From the NCBI GenBank assembly GCA_032718475.1, contig JAUCBJ010007566.1:56018-120017 (forward strand): a stretch of DNA of 64,000 nucleotides. The letters run 5' to 3'. A program made the position numbers and the translations under genes. How positions within the stretch are numbered: the stretch's first letter is position 1; the number at the start of each line of letters is the position of its first letter. Source of the DNA: Nemertoderma westbladi. Its lineage: Eukaryota > Animalia > Xenacoelomorpha. The notes under the pieces are model-generated. The model was not told where the DNA came from. It saw nothing but the letters and a program-made list of their open reading frames with translations, and searched no databases. This document shows, in pieces, positions 61,805 to 64,000 of the stretch.

Positions 61805-63979
61805 ACACAACAAGGCCTCCCTCCCTACCTGAGAGTCGTGCACACCGACTACACACAACAAGGCCTCCCTCCCTCCCTCCCTACCTCAGCGTCGTGCACA
61901 CCGACTACACACAACAAGGCCTCCCTCCCTACCTGAGAGTCGTGCTCACCGACTACACACAACAAGGCCTCCCTCCCTGAGAGTCGTGCACACTGACAAC
62001 ACACAACAAGGCCTCCCTCTCTACCTGAGAGTCGTGCACACCGACTACACACAACAAGGCCTCCCTCCCTACCCGAGAGTCGTGCACACCGACTACACAC
62101 AACAAGGCCTCCCTCCCTGAGAGTCGTGCACACTGACAACACACAACAAGGCCTCCCTCCCTACCTGAGAGTCGTGCACACCGACTACACACAACAAGGC
62201 CTCCCTCCCTGAGAGTCGTGCACACTGACAACACACAACAAGGCCTCCCTCTCTACCTGAGAGTCGTGCACACCGACTACACACAACAAGGCCTCCCTCC
62301 CTACCTGAGAGTCGTGCACACCGACTACACACAACAAGGCCTCCCTCCCTACCCGAGAGTCGTGCACACCGACGACACACAACAAGGCCTCCCTCCCTCC
62401 CTACCTCAGCGTCGTGCACACCGACTACACACAACAAGGCCTCCCTCCCTACCTGAGAGTCGTGCACACCGACTACACACAACAAGGCCTCCCTCCCTAC
62501 CTGAGAGTCGTGCACACCGACTACACACAACAAGGCCTCCCTCCCTACCTGAGAGTCGTGCACACCGACGACACACAACAAGGCCTCCCTCCCTCCCTAC
62601 CTCAGCGTCGTGCACACCGACTACACACAACAAGGCCTCCCTCCCTCCATACCTGAGAGTCGTGCACACCGACTACACACAACAAGCCCCCCCCCCCCCC
62701 CCTCCCTACCTGAGAGTCGTGCACACCGACTACACACAACAAGGCCTCCCTCCCTACCTGAGAGTCGTGCACACCGACAACATACAATAAGGCCTCCCTC
62801 CCTCCCTACCTGAGAGTCGTGCACACCGACTACACACAAAAAGGCCTCCCTCCCTACCTGAGAGTCGTGCACACCGACAACACACAACAAGGCCTCCCTC
62901 CCTACCTGAGAGTCGTGCACACCGACAACACACAAGGCCTCCCTCCCTACCTGAGAGTCGTGCACACCGACAACACACACCAAGGCCTCCCTCCCTACTT
63001 GAGAGTCGTGCACACCGACTACACACAACAAGGCCTCCCTACCTGAGAGTGGTGCTCGCAGGCTACACACAACAAAGCCTCCCTCCTTACCTGAGAGTCG
63101 TGCTCGCAGGCTACACACAACAAGGCCTCCCTCCCTACCTGAGAGTCGTGCTCGCAGGCTACACACAACAAGGCCTCCCTCCCTACCTGAGAGTCGTGCA
63201 CACCGACTACACATAACAAGGCCTCCCTCCCCTACCTGAGAGTCGTGCTCACAGGCTACACACAACAAGGCCTCCCTCCCTACCTGAGAGTCGTCCTCGC
63301 AGGCTACACACAACAAGGCCTCCCTCCCTACCTGAGAGTCGTGCACACCGACTACACATAACAAGGCCTCCCTCCCCTACCTGAGAGTCGTGCTCACAGG
63401 CTACACACAACAAGGCCTCCCTCCCTACCTGAGAGTCGTGCACACCGACTACACACAACAAGGCCTCCCTCCCTACCTGAGAGTCGTGCACACCGACTAT
63501 ACACACAACAAGGCCTCCCTCCCTACCTGAGAGTCGTGCTCGCAGGCTACACACAATAAGGCCTCCCTCCCTACCTGAGAGTCGTGCTCGCAGGCTACAC
63601 ACAAGGCCTCCCTCCCTACCTGGGAGTCGTGCTCGCAGGCTACACACAACAAGGCATCCCTCCCTACCTGAGAGTCGTGCACACCGACTACACACAACAA
63701 GGCCTCCCTCCCTACCTGAGAGTCGCGCTCGCAGGCTACACACAACAAGGACTCCCTCCCTACCTGAGAGTCGTGCACATCGACTACACACAACAAGGCC
63801 TCCCCCCCCTACCTGAGAGTCGTGCTCGCAGGCTACACACAACAAGGCCTCCCTCCCTCCCTCCCCGAGAGTTGTGCACACCGACTACACACAACAAGGC
63901 CTCCCTCCCTACCTGAGAGTCGTGCTCGCAGGCTACACACAACAAGGCCTCCCTCCCTACCTGAGAGTCGTGCTCGCAG
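61805..63979. repeat. ~48-bp minisatellite (~45 copies), two sub-variants
   Basis: Unit acacacaacaaggcctccctccctacctgagagtcgtgcacaccgact; gtgctcgcaggct variant dominates after ~63050. Confidence 0.95.
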
Positions 63980-64000
63980 TGTACTGGTCAGTACCTTAGT

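Noticed and set aside
61849-63916. Cluster of overlapping ORFs
   Set aside because: Translations of the 48-bp repeat.

Overview
Eukaryotic (metazoan, probably invertebrate) repeat-rich DNA; no prokaryotic features. 1-19.7 kb: two nested minus-strand BEL/Pao LTR retrotransposons. Element A has an uninterrupted gag-pol frame running off the left edge and a 540-bp 5' LTR. It appears inserted in the long 3' LTR of element B, a deletion derivative lacking RT, RNase H and integrase cores. 25.4-61.6 kb: a minus-strand USP32-like deubiquitinase gene; 18 exons read by hand join in phase to 4110 nt and the 5' end lies beyond the right edge. Its 20.8-kb intron holds an antisense, intronless, divergent nAChR-like subunit gene and a 13.8-kb TIR element (9-bp TSD) containing nested LINEs. 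Main observations: (1) four, possibly five, tandem repeats are amplifications of this gene's own exon-intron junctions; (2) a LINE inserted at a splice donor, duplicated it, and is in frame with the DUSP exon; (3) element A lacks a tRNA-type PBS but has an LTR-internal complement suggesting self-priming. Coordinates, copy numbers and identities were read by eye.
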